Of a stretch of 64,000 nt of DNA, positions 1 through 8,353 are shown one piece after another. Under the pieces are notes generated by a model that saw nothing but the letters and a program-made list of their open reading frames with translations, made no database searches and had not been told where the DNA came from. The DNA comes from Candidatus Latescibacterota bacterium (GTDB lineage Bacteria > Latescibacterota > UBA2968 > UBA8231). How positions within the stretch are numbered: the stretch's first letter is position 1; each line of letters opens with the position of its first letter. The DNA lies in contig OZ241867.1 of NCBI GenBank assembly GCA_965203175.1, forward strand, positions 5,536,001 to 5,600,000. The letters are read 5' to 3'. The position numbers were made by a program, and so were the translations under genes.

Positions 1-1
1 C

Positions 2-352
2 TCGATCCCGGATGCGCTGCGCTACGCTGGGTCGCGGATCAAACACTTCCACCTCAACGAAACCAACCACTGCCAACACGGGACTGGCCACGCCGACTAC
101 CAAGAGATCTTCAGAATCCTAAAAGGAATCGGCTACGACGGGTACCTCTGCACGTACATGCCCAAGACCACGCAGGCGATCTTGCAGAGTGCGCCTGGCA
201 ATCCCTACGTACCTGAAGGCGTCGCCACCAGCGCTGGAACGCGGCCCAATCTGGTCGTCCTCCTCAAGGGCCTGCTCTCCTTTCTGCAGGAGACGGAGAG
301 AACCGTCGATCAGTCGCGCGAGTTCTACGAGGCCGACGGCTGGCGGAGTTGA
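2..352 (+). CDS. Sugar phosphate isomerase/epimerase (xylose-isomerase-like TIM barrel), 5'-truncated by the window edge
   Basis: Frame +2 is open from the window start: SIPDALRYAGSRIKHFHLNETNH...GTGHADYQEIFRILKGIGYDGYL, the typical C-terminal HxHxxE/D...GxG...L..IGYDG motif of AP_endonuc_2 proteins. It continues into ORF 158..352. Confidence 0.7.
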   Translation, partial: SIPDALRYAGSRIKHFHLNETNHCQHGTGHADYQEIFRILKGIGYDGYLCTYMPKTTQAILQSAPGNPYVPEGVATSAGTRPNLVVLLKGLLSFLQETERTVDQSREFYEADGWRS

Positions 353-398
353 CGGTAACAAATGTAAATTCGCTACGACTCCCGAAAGGAGAAAACAA

Positions 399-1688
399 AT
401 GACCAATAATTGGCTCACAGGAATTTATCTGACCACGGATGAGGTCCTCAAATACCCCGATTACGTCGAGCGGCTGCGCGATGAGATCGGTCTGAATACG
501 GTGGTTCTGTCCTTTACCGGCCAGCTATCAGAGGAGGTGCTCGCCCTCAGTCCCTATGGAGGACGCACGCCGACAGAAGAGGAACTGGGCGAACTCGTCA
601 TACGGCATTTCGATGGTCGGCCCATCGACCCGAGGGAATACCCGCAAGCCCAGGCCCTGTGCGGTCCCGGCGTTGCAGCCCAGGGTGACGACGAAGCGTT
701 CAGAAGAGCTGTGGGACAGCTAAAGGAGGCCGGCCTGAACGTGTGGACGTACGGAGGAGCTTGGACGATCCGCCGCCTCATGTTCTGTCCAGCGCGACAG
801 GATGTGCAAGACTGGATCGAGGCCGTGTGCGTGTACTGGGTGACTCAGTACGATCTCGACGCGCTCGACATCACTCACTTCCGCTATCCCATGGGCAGTT
901 TTCCCCTAGGGCTTTTTGGCAGCACCTGTTCTTCTTGCACAGCCGCTGCCCAAGAGCTCGGTTACGACATGGAAGCGATGGTCGAGGACTTGCAGCGCGC
1001 CCGCGAAGGCCTGCGCCAGCTCGATGGTGCCCGCCTCGGCGAGGTAGTCCGTCTCGGGATTGGTTTCTTCGATGTGGTCCACGCACTCGGTCTGGGGTCG
1101 GGGGTACTCGACTGGGTCCGCTTCCGCTGTGATCTGGTCGTCCGCAATCTGGCGCGCTTTCGGGCGGCAGTGCACGCGGCGGCCCCTAACAAGGCCTTTG
1201 GCACCGACACCTACCCTGCCTCCATGGCCCTGACGGCGGGCCACGATTACCGGCGCTGGGGTGAGATGGCCGATTTTGCCAGCCCGCTGGTGTCCCACAT
1301 TTCCGCCTTTGTCTGCAACACGTTCATCGAGTGGGCCCGCTTTCTGCAAGAGGAAATTCCCAACCTGCGGGAAGAGGATGCCCTGCAACTCGTCTATCGA
1401 TTTACGGGATACGACGGCATGGGGTTGCCAGAGACCATTGCCGCATACGGCGCTGACGAGCCGGCGACGCTGGCCTATCGGATCCCCACGGCCGACTTGG
1501 TTTTGCGGGATCTGGTAAAGGCAAAACTGTACCTACCAGAGGACATGCCTTCCTATCCGATTATCCACGGAGAGGGTTGGCCACCAGAGGCAATCGACCG
1601 CATCGTCAGCGAAGCGCGGCGGCTGGGGCACAATGGTATCGTATGGCAGGGCACTGCCGAACTGATGGAGTACGACTTCAAGCGCTGA
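399..1688 (+). CDS. Hypothetical protein, glycoside-hydrolase-like TIM barrel (GHL10/DUF187-like)
   Basis: ATG 399 follows RBS AAAGGAGA. Motifs FCPARQDVQDW...YDLDALDITHFRYP and TCSSC resemble GHL10-like proteins. Function inferred. Confidence 0.5.
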   Translation: MTNNWLTGIYLTTDEVLKYPDYVERLRDEIGLNTVVLSFTGQLSEEVLALSPYGGRTPTEEELGELVIRHFDGRPIDPREYPQAQALCGPGVAAQGDDEAFRRAVGQLKEAGLNVWTYGGAWTIRRLMFCPARQDVQDWIEAVCVYWVTQYDLDALDITHFRYPMGSFPLGLFGSTCSSCTAAAQELGYDMEAMVEDLQRAREGLRQLDGARLGEVVRLGIGFFDVVHALGLGSGVLDWVRFRCDLVVRNLARFRAAVHAAAPNKAFGTDTYPASMALTAGHDYRRWGEMADFASPLVSHISAFVCNTFIEWARFLQEEIPNLREEDALQLVYRFTGYDGMGLPETIAAYGADEPATLAYRIPTADLVLRDLVKAKLYLPEDMPSYPIIHGEGWPPEAIDRIVSEARRLGHNGIVWQGTAELMEYDFKR

Positions 1689-1823
1689 GAAGGTACGTCA
1701 AATCATCAGCCTGCATTTGTGCAAGGCCCAGACCGTCGAAAAACTGGTGTAGTTGAAGTAAGCCAGCGCCTTGGTCAGCGCCTGTCGAGAGAGATAGAAT
1801 TTAAAAAACAAGGAGCAGTAGCC

Positions 1824-2570
1824 ATGTGGGAAATAATTCAAAGTGGCGGACCAATGATGGTGCCCCTCATCGCCTGTGCGATTCTAGCCCTTGCCTATTC
1901 GATTGAACGCCTGTGGATCTTCAGTCAATTGCCCACCTCGGAAGAAGCCCAAACTGAGCTCGATCGGCTCGAAACCGCGCTGCGCAACCGCGGCGAACAA
2001 GCCGTCGTCGAAGAGTGCAACCAAGGCAAGGGGCTGCTCAATTACGTCTTTGCTTCGCTGTTGAAACGATACGATACGCTGATGATCGAACAGCGGGAAT
2101 TCAAAGACACCAACGAGGAGATCATCCGGCTAGCCGACGCCGGCGGCGGCGGGCAGGTCAGCCGGTTTATGGTCATGCAGCGGGAACTGGCCGATCTCAA
2201 AGACGAACTGGTCATTCAGACCGAGGCTGCCGCCCGAACCTATTTGGGCAAGAATCTGGCGATCCTGAATACCATCGGCAACATAAGCCCCTTGCTGGGC
2301 TTGCTCGGCACCATTATGGGGATGATCATCGCCTTTGAGTCCATCGCCACCGCCGGGGCCGGCGACCCCAAAGTCGTCGCGGGCGGTATTTCCCAAGCTT
2401 TGGTCACCACCGCATCGGGGCTGATCGTGGCCATCCCAACGATTGTCTTGTATCGCTATCTAGCGCGCAAAGCAGACAATCTACTCGAAGACGCTGAGAT
2501 GTACGGCCATGCCTTTGCCAATGCGCTGATCACGACCGGACAGCGCCAACAATACGAAACGACCGAGTAG
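1824..2570 (+). CDS. exbB: MotA/TolQ/ExbB proton-channel family protein
   Basis: ATG 1824 follows AGGAG. Contains GGPMMVPL, ISPLLGLLGTIMGMIIAF and AGGISQALVTTASGLIVAIP. Confidence 0.9.
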   Translation: MWEIIQSGGPMMVPLIACAILALAYSIERLWIFSQLPTSEEAQTELDRLETALRNRGEQAVVEECNQGKGLLNYVFASLLKRYDTLMIEQREFKDTNEEIIRLADAGGGGQVSRFMVMQRELADLKDELVIQTEAAARTYLGKNLAILNTIGNISPLLGLLGTIMGMIIAFESIATAGAGDPKVVAGGISQALVTTASGLIVAIPTIVLYRYLARKADNLLEDAEMYGHAFANALITTGQRQQYETTE

Positions 2571-2594
2571 CTCCCGCCGGGAGGAGTCAACCTG

Positions 2595-3011
2595 ATGGCT
2601 AGACATCGCAAAGATCGTCCCGAGAGCTTTCTGGCCGAAGGCGGTCCGGATATGACGCCTTTGATCGACTGCGTGTTTTTGCTGCTGATTTTTTTCATGG
2701 TCACCACGGTGTTTCTCCACACCAAAGGGCTAGAAGTGGACATGCCAGCCCAAAGCGAGGCTACGGAAGAAAAAAAGAAAGATATCAACGTCTTGGTCGA
2801 TCGCGACGGCCAGATTCAGATCAAGGGCGAGGCCGTGCAGCCGACGGCCTTGGCGGCACGGCTGGTCACGGCCATGGACGAGGCCAATAACGACAATATC
2901 ATCATTCAGGCCGACGGCGAGTGCGCTCAGAAACACGTCGTGTTTGTGGTGGATAGAGCCAAGGAGGTTGGGGTTGAGGGCATCGCTTTTGTGCGGGAAC
3001 GGGAGGAGTGA
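2595..3011 (+). CDS. exbD: Biopolymer transport protein ExbD/TolR (copy 1)
   Basis: DMTPLIDCVFLLLIFFMV TM motif with the conserved Asp; follows exbB; RBS GGAGGAG. Confidence 0.9.
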   Translation: MARHRKDRPESFLAEGGPDMTPLIDCVFLLLIFFMVTTVFLHTKGLEVDMPAQSEATEEKKKDINVLVDRDGQIQIKGEAVQPTALAARLVTAMDEANNDNIIIQADGECAQKHVVFVVDRAKEVGVEGIAFVREREE

Positions 3012-3427
3012 GTCGGATGCCTAGGCGCAAATCCCTATACGAAGAGCAAGAATTGAACATGACGCCTTTGATCGACTGCGTGTTTTTGCTGCTGATCTTC
3101 TTCATGGTAACCACGGTATTCAAGCAGCCCTACAGTCTGCAGGTCGTATTGCCCGAAGCGCAACAGGGCGTGATCGTCGAAGAGAAGAAACTAGTCGCCT
3201 CGATCACCCAGGACGGCCGCATGGAAATCAACCGCCATCTGGTGACCTTGGACAATTTGGAGCAGGTTCTGTTGCGGGAAAAAGAAGGCACCCGAAGTCT
3301 GACGCTGGTGGTGCGAACCGATCAGGAGACCCCGCATAAGTACCTACTGGATCTCTTCGAGGTGGCTAAGCGCGTGGGAATTGAAAAAATACCCCTGGCT
3401 ACCGAGGACTTGCGCGAACAGCCGTGA
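3008..3427 (+). CDS. exbD: Biopolymer transport protein ExbD/TolR (copy 2)
   Basis: NMTPLIDCVFLLLIFFMV motif; GTGA overlap with the stop of copy 1. Confidence 0.9.
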   Translation: MSRMPRRKSLYEEQELNMTPLIDCVFLLLIFFMVTTVFKQPYSLQVVLPEAQQGVIVEEKKLVASITQDGRMEINRHLVTLDNLEQVLLREKEGTRSLTLVVRTDQETPHKYLLDLFEVAKRVGIEKIPLATEDLREQP

Positions 3428-3460
3428 GGTAGTTTTATACGGCCTAACAGGCTGCCACAA

Positions 3461-3505
3461 AAACCCGCCGGCACCATGCGCGCCATGCCATGCGTCGGCG
3501 GGTTT
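3461..3505 (+). terminator. Stem-loop after exbBDD, possible terminator
   Basis: AAACCCGCCG (3461-3470) pairs with CGGCGGGTTT (3496-3505), followed by GGCTTTTG. The loop is long, so termination is uncertain. Confidence 0.35.
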
Positions 3506-3538
3506 GGCTTTTGTAGAACTAACGTTAGGAGGACAACC

Positions 3539-4468
3539 ATGCTCATAGCCACCAACAATCAGGTCTTCACTTTGGAGAATGGCACGCCCACGCAACGCTT
3601 GGCCATCGACGGCATCCGCTGCCTAGACGAGGGCGTCCGCTGTTCCGCCATTGGTCTAGCCGATGGTCAAGTGATCGTCTTAGCCAATGGCCAAGCCCAA
3701 CCGCAGACCACTGGCATCGGCGATCCAGTGGAGAGCATCACTCTGCTGTCCGAAGAGCCGCTGCAAGTGCTGCTGGGCACCGAGCCGCCCCACGTGTACA
3801 GTCTCGACGGCGACGAGCCAGCGCGCCGGGTAGAATCCTTTGACGCTTTGGAATGCCGCCAAAGCTGGTACACGCCTTGGGGTGGGCCGCCAGCCGTGCG
3901 CAGTTTGGCGCACAGTGGCGACTGGGTTTTTGCCGATATCCACGTCGGCAGCATCATGCGCTCGCCCGACCGAGGCGCTACTTGGGAGCCAGTGACCCCG
4001 GACTTGCACGCCGATGTGCATCAAGTAGCGACCGCCCCTATGGAGGGACGCTTGTACGCCAACACCGCAGACGCGGTCTTTGCCAGCGACGACTACGGCG
4101 GCTCTTGGGAGCATCGGAAGGAGGGCTTGGCAAACCGCTATGGCCGCGCCGTGGCCGTCCACCCGCGCGATCCCGACTGCCTGCTGGCCAGCGTCAGCAA
4201 AGGACCTGGTCATGGCAGAGATGTGGAGGGCAAGCTCTACTTTTCGCACGACGCGGGCCGCACTTGGACCCAAGCGCTTGCCGGCTTCCCCGAGGCCAAG
4301 GGCAATATCGACACCTTCCACATCGCCTTTGACGCCGAGGGGATTGCTTGGGCCGCTGTCGAGGATCAGCTCTACCGCAGTGAGGATAGAGGCGAGAGTT
4401 GGTCTGCGTTTTGGCGCGCGCCCGCTGCTATTGTCGCCGTGGCCTGCGCCCGCTCGAACGGGGTCTAA
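3539..4468 (+). CDS. BNR/Asp-box (WD40/YVTN-like) beta-propeller protein
   Basis: ATG 3539 follows AGGAGG. Repeated SxDxGxxW boxes: SPDRGATW, SDDYGGSW, SHDAGRTW, SEDRGESW. Confidence 0.75.
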   Translation: MLIATNNQVFTLENGTPTQRLAIDGIRCLDEGVRCSAIGLADGQVIVLANGQAQPQTTGIGDPVESITLLSEEPLQVLLGTEPPHVYSLDGDEPARRVESFDALECRQSWYTPWGGPPAVRSLAHSGDWVFADIHVGSIMRSPDRGATWEPVTPDLHADVHQVATAPMEGRLYANTADAVFASDDYGGSWEHRKEGLANRYGRAVAVHPRDPDCLLASVSKGPGHGRDVEGKLYFSHDAGRTWTQALAGFPEAKGNIDTFHIAFDAEGIAWAAVEDQLYRSEDRGESWSAFWRAPAAIVAVACARSNGV

Positions 4469-4471
4469 GCG

Positions 4472-5842
4472 TTGCAACTCCTTCTGACGCTATTAATCCT
4501 AGCCAGTTGTTCCACCACCGGGAACATGCGGTCGCACTGGCCTGAATACCCCATAAATCCATTCGTCATCCGATTGGACATTCCCGGCCCTGAGAATTCT
4601 GCCGGCGGCCTCATTGTCGCCGATCTAAATGGCGATGGACGCATGGATTATTTGGTCACCGTTCCCAATCATCTCACAGCTCATGCCCACGATGGCCGCA
4701 AACTCTGGGTACTCGAAACCGACCTCTGGATAGGCGGCTCCTCAGAGCGCATCGGCCTGCCCGGGCATCACGGGCCAGGTGTTCAGGCTGCAGACATCGA
4801 TGGCGATAAACGAGTCGAAGTCCTGTTCCTTACTCAAGATGGCACGCTCCACGTGGTCGATGGCACCACGGGGAGCAAGCAGTGGACCGCAAAGCCGCCC
4901 ATCCCCAAAGGCACCCAACGCTGGGAGCATCTGGTCATCGCCAATTTCCGTGGCGCGGGTGATCGAGATCTACTCCTCCAAACCACCAATGCCGAGGGCT
5001 ACCGCATGGGTCGCTTTCTAGCAGCCTATGCGCTAGACGATCTCCGTCGCGGCCATTTTGTCCCCCTGTGGGAACGCGACGATTTCGTCTCCTGCGCCCA
5101 CAACGGCGCGCGGCTGGCGGATCTAAATAGAGATGGACAAGACGAGGTAATCGGCGCTACGGTCGTCTCTGCCGATGGCGAAATTCTACTACAAATTCCC
5201 CTGCGCGGTCACATCGACTCGATCTTCATCTACGATGTGCTACCCAATATACCGGGCCTAGAAATCGTCGCCTTAGAAGAAGGCGGCGGCAATCGCGTTT
5301 TCCTCTACAACCACGAACAACTCTTCTGGGAAACGCACTTCCGCCATCAAGAACCCCAGAATGCAGCAGTCGGCGAGTTCGACCTAGAGCGGCCGGGCCT
5401 AGAGATATGGTGTCGGAGCCGCTATAACGAGCATCAGAAACCTTTCATTTTTGACGCACAGGGTGAGAGGATCGCGGATTACCAGATGGACGATGTAGCG
5501 CCCGAGGGCTGGACCGTAAGAGGCGTCGAGGTCATCCACAAAATCGATTGGACGGGCGACCGCAAACAACTCGCCGCAGCCAAAGAGCGCCATACCTCCG
5601 GCGATATTGGCATCTTCGATCCGCTTAGTGGACAGTTTCTCCACCGCTTCGAGGAAAAAGCCGACCGGCTCTACGTCGCCGATGTGGCCGGAGATTGGCG
5701 CGAAGAGCTGATCGTCTTGCACGGCAACCAACTCCACATCCACTTCAATGAGTCCAAGAATCCGGGGTCTGACCATCCCCGCCTGTGGTCGCAAGACCAC
5801 TACCGCCGCAGTAAGATGACTTGGAACTACTACAGTCCATAA
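4472..5842 (+). CDS. FG-GAP/PL11-like beta-propeller lipoprotein
   Basis: Lipobox LASC; repeated DxxGDG Ca-binding motifs (ADLNGDGRMD, ADIDGDKRVE, ADLNRDGQDE, ADVAGDWREE, the last typical of rhamnogalacturonan lyase PL11-like propellers). Confidence 0.6.
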   Translation: MQLLLTLLILASCSTTGNMRSHWPEYPINPFVIRLDIPGPENSAGGLIVADLNGDGRMDYLVTVPNHLTAHAHDGRKLWVLETDLWIGGSSERIGLPGHHGPGVQAADIDGDKRVEVLFLTQDGTLHVVDGTTGSKQWTAKPPIPKGTQRWEHLVIANFRGAGDRDLLLQTTNAEGYRMGRFLAAYALDDLRRGHFVPLWERDDFVSCAHNGARLADLNRDGQDEVIGATVVSADGEILLQIPLRGHIDSIFIYDVLPNIPGLEIVALEEGGGNRVFLYNHEQLFWETHFRHQEPQNAAVGEFDLERPGLEIWCRSRYNEHQKPFIFDAQGERIADYQMDDVAPEGWTVRGVEVIHKIDWTGDRKQLAAAKERHTSGDIGIFDPLSGQFLHRFEEKADRLYVADVAGDWREELIVLHGNQLHIHFNESKNPGSDHPRLWSQDHYRRSKMTWNYYSP

Positions 5843-5854
5843 AACCAGGCAACC

Positions 5855-6868
5855 ATGTCCATTCTGCCGGGAAAAATCAGTGATTTTCTCAAGATCGCGG
5901 TCGGTGCCGCCGGGCGCGGCGACCTCCAAACGGTCCAGGCCGTATTGGCGCAGAAGCCAGCGTGGATCAGCCGCATTGGTTCGCACGGCCGCACCATGTT
6001 GTGGGAAGCTGCGTACCGGGGACGGCTCGCCATGGTCGATTACCTGCTCGATCAAGGCGCTGACATCCACGCCTGCGGCTGTCACTTCACGCCGCTGCTA
6101 GTCGAAATCTCCCCCTACTGCGCCGCGCGCTACAAGCACCACCACGCGGTCGCCGACCGCCTGCTAACACGCGGTGCAGCAACCGACATCTACACCGCTG
6201 CCTTCCTCGGCGATAGCGATGCAGTCGCCGACTATCTCGACCGCGAACCGGAGCTGGCAACAGCCGAGAAAGCCCAGCACGATTCCAGCCAGCGCATGAC
6301 AGTCTTGCACTACGCCGTCAGTGCCGGGCACCTCGCCATCGTCGCGATGCTGTTGGCGCGGGGTGCCGATCCGCAGCCGTACAGTGGCGGGCTGATTCGC
6401 TTTGCCGTGTGGCGGGATCGCGCCGACATCCTCAAGGCCCTGCTCGACGCCGGGGCCGACCCCACTCACGCCGAGGCCCCTCGTTCCGGCATCGTCAATG
6501 CCGATATCATCGAACTGTTGACCGCTCGCGGCGTCGCCATGGATGTGGACCACGCCGAAGGAGGCTGGCCGCCCCTCGTCTTCCAGTCGCGCGGCGACCG
6601 CGGCGGCAGTGTCCAGCGCGTGCGCGCCCTGCTCGACGCCGGGGCCGATGTCAACGTCAGGAACTACAAGGGCCAGACGGCATTGCACTGCGCCGCCAAA
6701 GCGGGATTCGACCAAATCGTCGCCCTGCTGCTCGACCGTGGGGCCGAGGTAAACGCCAAAGACGACAAGGGTGTAACGCCGCTGGCGACTGCGTTGCGTT
6801 CAAAAATCAAAGACAAGAATCGGCTCGCGGCTGTCATCGGCCTGCTCACCGACGCTGGTGGCGTTTGA
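5855..6868 (+). CDS. Ankyrin repeat protein
   Basis: Multiple ankyrin repeats: GRTMLWEAAYRG...LLDQGADI, TVLHYAVSAGH...LLARGAD, GQTALHCAAKAG...LLDRGAEVNAKDDKGVTPL. Confidence 0.9.
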   Translation: MSILPGKISDFLKIAVGAAGRGDLQTVQAVLAQKPAWISRIGSHGRTMLWEAAYRGRLAMVDYLLDQGADIHACGCHFTPLLVEISPYCAARYKHHHAVADRLLTRGAATDIYTAAFLGDSDAVADYLDREPELATAEKAQHDSSQRMTVLHYAVSAGHLAIVAMLLARGADPQPYSGGLIRFAVWRDRADILKALLDAGADPTHAEAPRSGIVNADIIELLTARGVAMDVDHAEGGWPPLVFQSRGDRGGSVQRVRALLDAGADVNVRNYKGQTALHCAAKAGFDQIVALLLDRGAEVNAKDDKGVTPLATALRSKIKDKNRLAAVIGLLTDAGGV

Positions 6869-6869
6869 G
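6849..6869 (+). repeat. 21-bp direct repeat, copy 1 (3' end of the ankyrin gene, includes its stop codon)
   Basis: CCGACGCTGGTGGCGTTTGAG, identical to 8170-8190. Confidence 0.9.
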
Positions 6870-6930
6870 TCCAGCTAAGAGAACATAGATAGCCTGCACC
6901 ATTACTGACGCTCATTCCTTGCATTCGACA

Positions 6931-6997
6931 ATTCTTATTAGTATTTTAGCGTTAAATACTAATAAGAATACGCCTTATTACGTTGTGCTTAATAAGG
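6931..6997. promoter_or_regulatory. AT-rich tandem palindromes upstream of the Fic gene (putative operator)
   Basis: Perfect 16-bp arms ATTCTTATTAGTATTT / AAATACTAATAAGAAT (6931-6969) and 8-bp arms CCTTATTA / TAATAAGG (6973-6997), sharing the core CTTATTA/TAATAAG. Confidence 0.6.
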
Positions 6998-7007
6998 AAA
7001 TCTCTCC

Positions 7008-8168
7008 GTGAAACGCGGCGAAACTGGCCGATACGAGACCACGATCGTTGGCGATGAGACAGTGCGGGCTTTCGTACCTGCGCCGCTTCCGCCCACGCCT
7101 GTACTGGATCTGGTAGCTCTGCAAGGGCCACTGGAAAAGGCATTACTGGCGCTAGGCCGGTTGGACAGTCTCTCCGTGTTACTACCCGATACGCACCTTT
7201 TCCTTTACACCTATGTCCGCAAGGAGGCCGTTCTATCCTCCCAGATTGAAGGCACTCAGTCTTCTCTGTCAGATCTTCTATTGTTCGAACTAGAGGAGAT
7301 GCCAGGTACCCCCCTCGATGATGTCGTCGAGGTCTCGAATTACGTGGCGGCACTGGAACATGGATTGCGCCGGATACGCGAGGGGTTCCCGCTCTGCAAT
7401 CGACTCATCCGCGAGATCCATGCCGAGTTGCTCGCACGGGGCCGCGGCAGCGACAAAACTCCAGGTGAATTCCGGCGCTCACAAAACTGGATTGGTGGCA
7501 GCCGGCCCGGAACGGCGCGCTTTGTGCCCGCGCCGGCACACGCCGTTGCAGAGTGCATGTCGGATTTGGAGCGATTTCTCCATACAGAGACTTGCGGATT
7601 GCCCGCGCTCCTGCGGGCGGGACTTGCCCATGTCCAATTTGAGACCATCCACCCCTTCCTCGACGGTAACGGACGGGTTGGCCGTCTGCTGATCACGTTC
7701 CTGCTGTGTCACGACGGCGTGCTGCGCGAGCCGCTGCTGTATTTGAGCCTCTACTTCAAACAACACCGAGAGAGCTATTACGAACTCCTCAATGATGTGC
7801 GGAAAAACGGTGACTGGGAGACGTGGCTTGCGTTCTTTCTCGACGGCGTGACGCAGACCGCAGAGGGAGCCGTCTCGACTGCACAGCGGTTGCTCTCCCT
7901 GTTTCAGGAAGACCAAGCAAAGATACAACAGATAGGGCGTGCGGCAGGGTCGGCGCTGCGCGTCCATCGGGCTTTGCAGGAGCACCCGATTGCATCGCTC
8001 CAAGACCTTGCCAAGCGCACGGAACTCTCTTTCACCGCGGTTACCGCCGGGATACAGGTACTCGAACAGATCGGAGTGGTGCACGAATTGACAGGCAAGA
8101 AGCGGAACCGGCTTTTTGGCTACGATCAATATCTTGCCATTCTCGGCGAGGGGACCGAATTACCATAG
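7008..8168 (+). CDS. Fic family protein (class II, N-terminal inhibitory helix, C-terminal wHTH)
   Basis: Fic motif HPFLDGNGRVGR; inhibitory motif SSQIEG; C-terminal HTH-like region ending TGKKRNRLFGY. Confidence 0.92.
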   Translation: MKRGETGRYETTIVGDETVRAFVPAPLPPTPVLDLVALQGPLEKALLALGRLDSLSVLLPDTHLFLYTYVRKEAVLSSQIEGTQSSLSDLLLFELEEMPGTPLDDVVEVSNYVAALEHGLRRIREGFPLCNRLIREIHAELLARGRGSDKTPGEFRRSQNWIGGSRPGTARFVPAPAHAVAECMSDLERFLHTETCGLPALLRAGLAHVQFETIHPFLDGNGRVGRLLITFLLCHDGVLREPLLYLSLYFKQHRESYYELLNDVRKNGDWETWLAFFLDGVTQTAEGAVSTAQRLLSLFQEDQAKIQQIGRAAGSALRVHRALQEHPIASLQDLAKRTELSFTAVTAGIQVLEQIGVVHELTGKKRNRLFGYDQYLAILGEGTELP

Positions 8169-8169
8169 G

Positions 8170-8190
8170 CCGACGCTGGTGGCGTTTGAG
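8170..8190 (+). repeat. 21-bp direct repeat, copy 2 (immediately after the Fic stop codon)
   Basis: CCGACGCTGGTGGCGTTTGAG, identical to 6849-6869. Confidence 0.9.
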
Positions 8191-8353
8191 CGTGCGGACA
8201 TGAATGCTTGCGGCTTCACAGTCGAGTTGTGTTATTAGCGCATTCCAGCGTTAACGCTAATTAGGCCCGTTCTTGTTTTCACATCTGAAAACAAGGGAAC
8301 ATTGTAACACCCACACCTAGCTCCCAACCACCGGTCTAAGTAGGAAAAAAACA

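Noticed and set aside
189-398. Longest-ORF 5' extensions (e.g. 189, 1719, 3476, 10783, 12797, 23481, 27307, 36067, 37766, 44905, 48876, 63986)
   Set aside because: They overlap neighbouring genes or lack an RBS. Downstream starts fit family N-termini better, most with a clear RBS.
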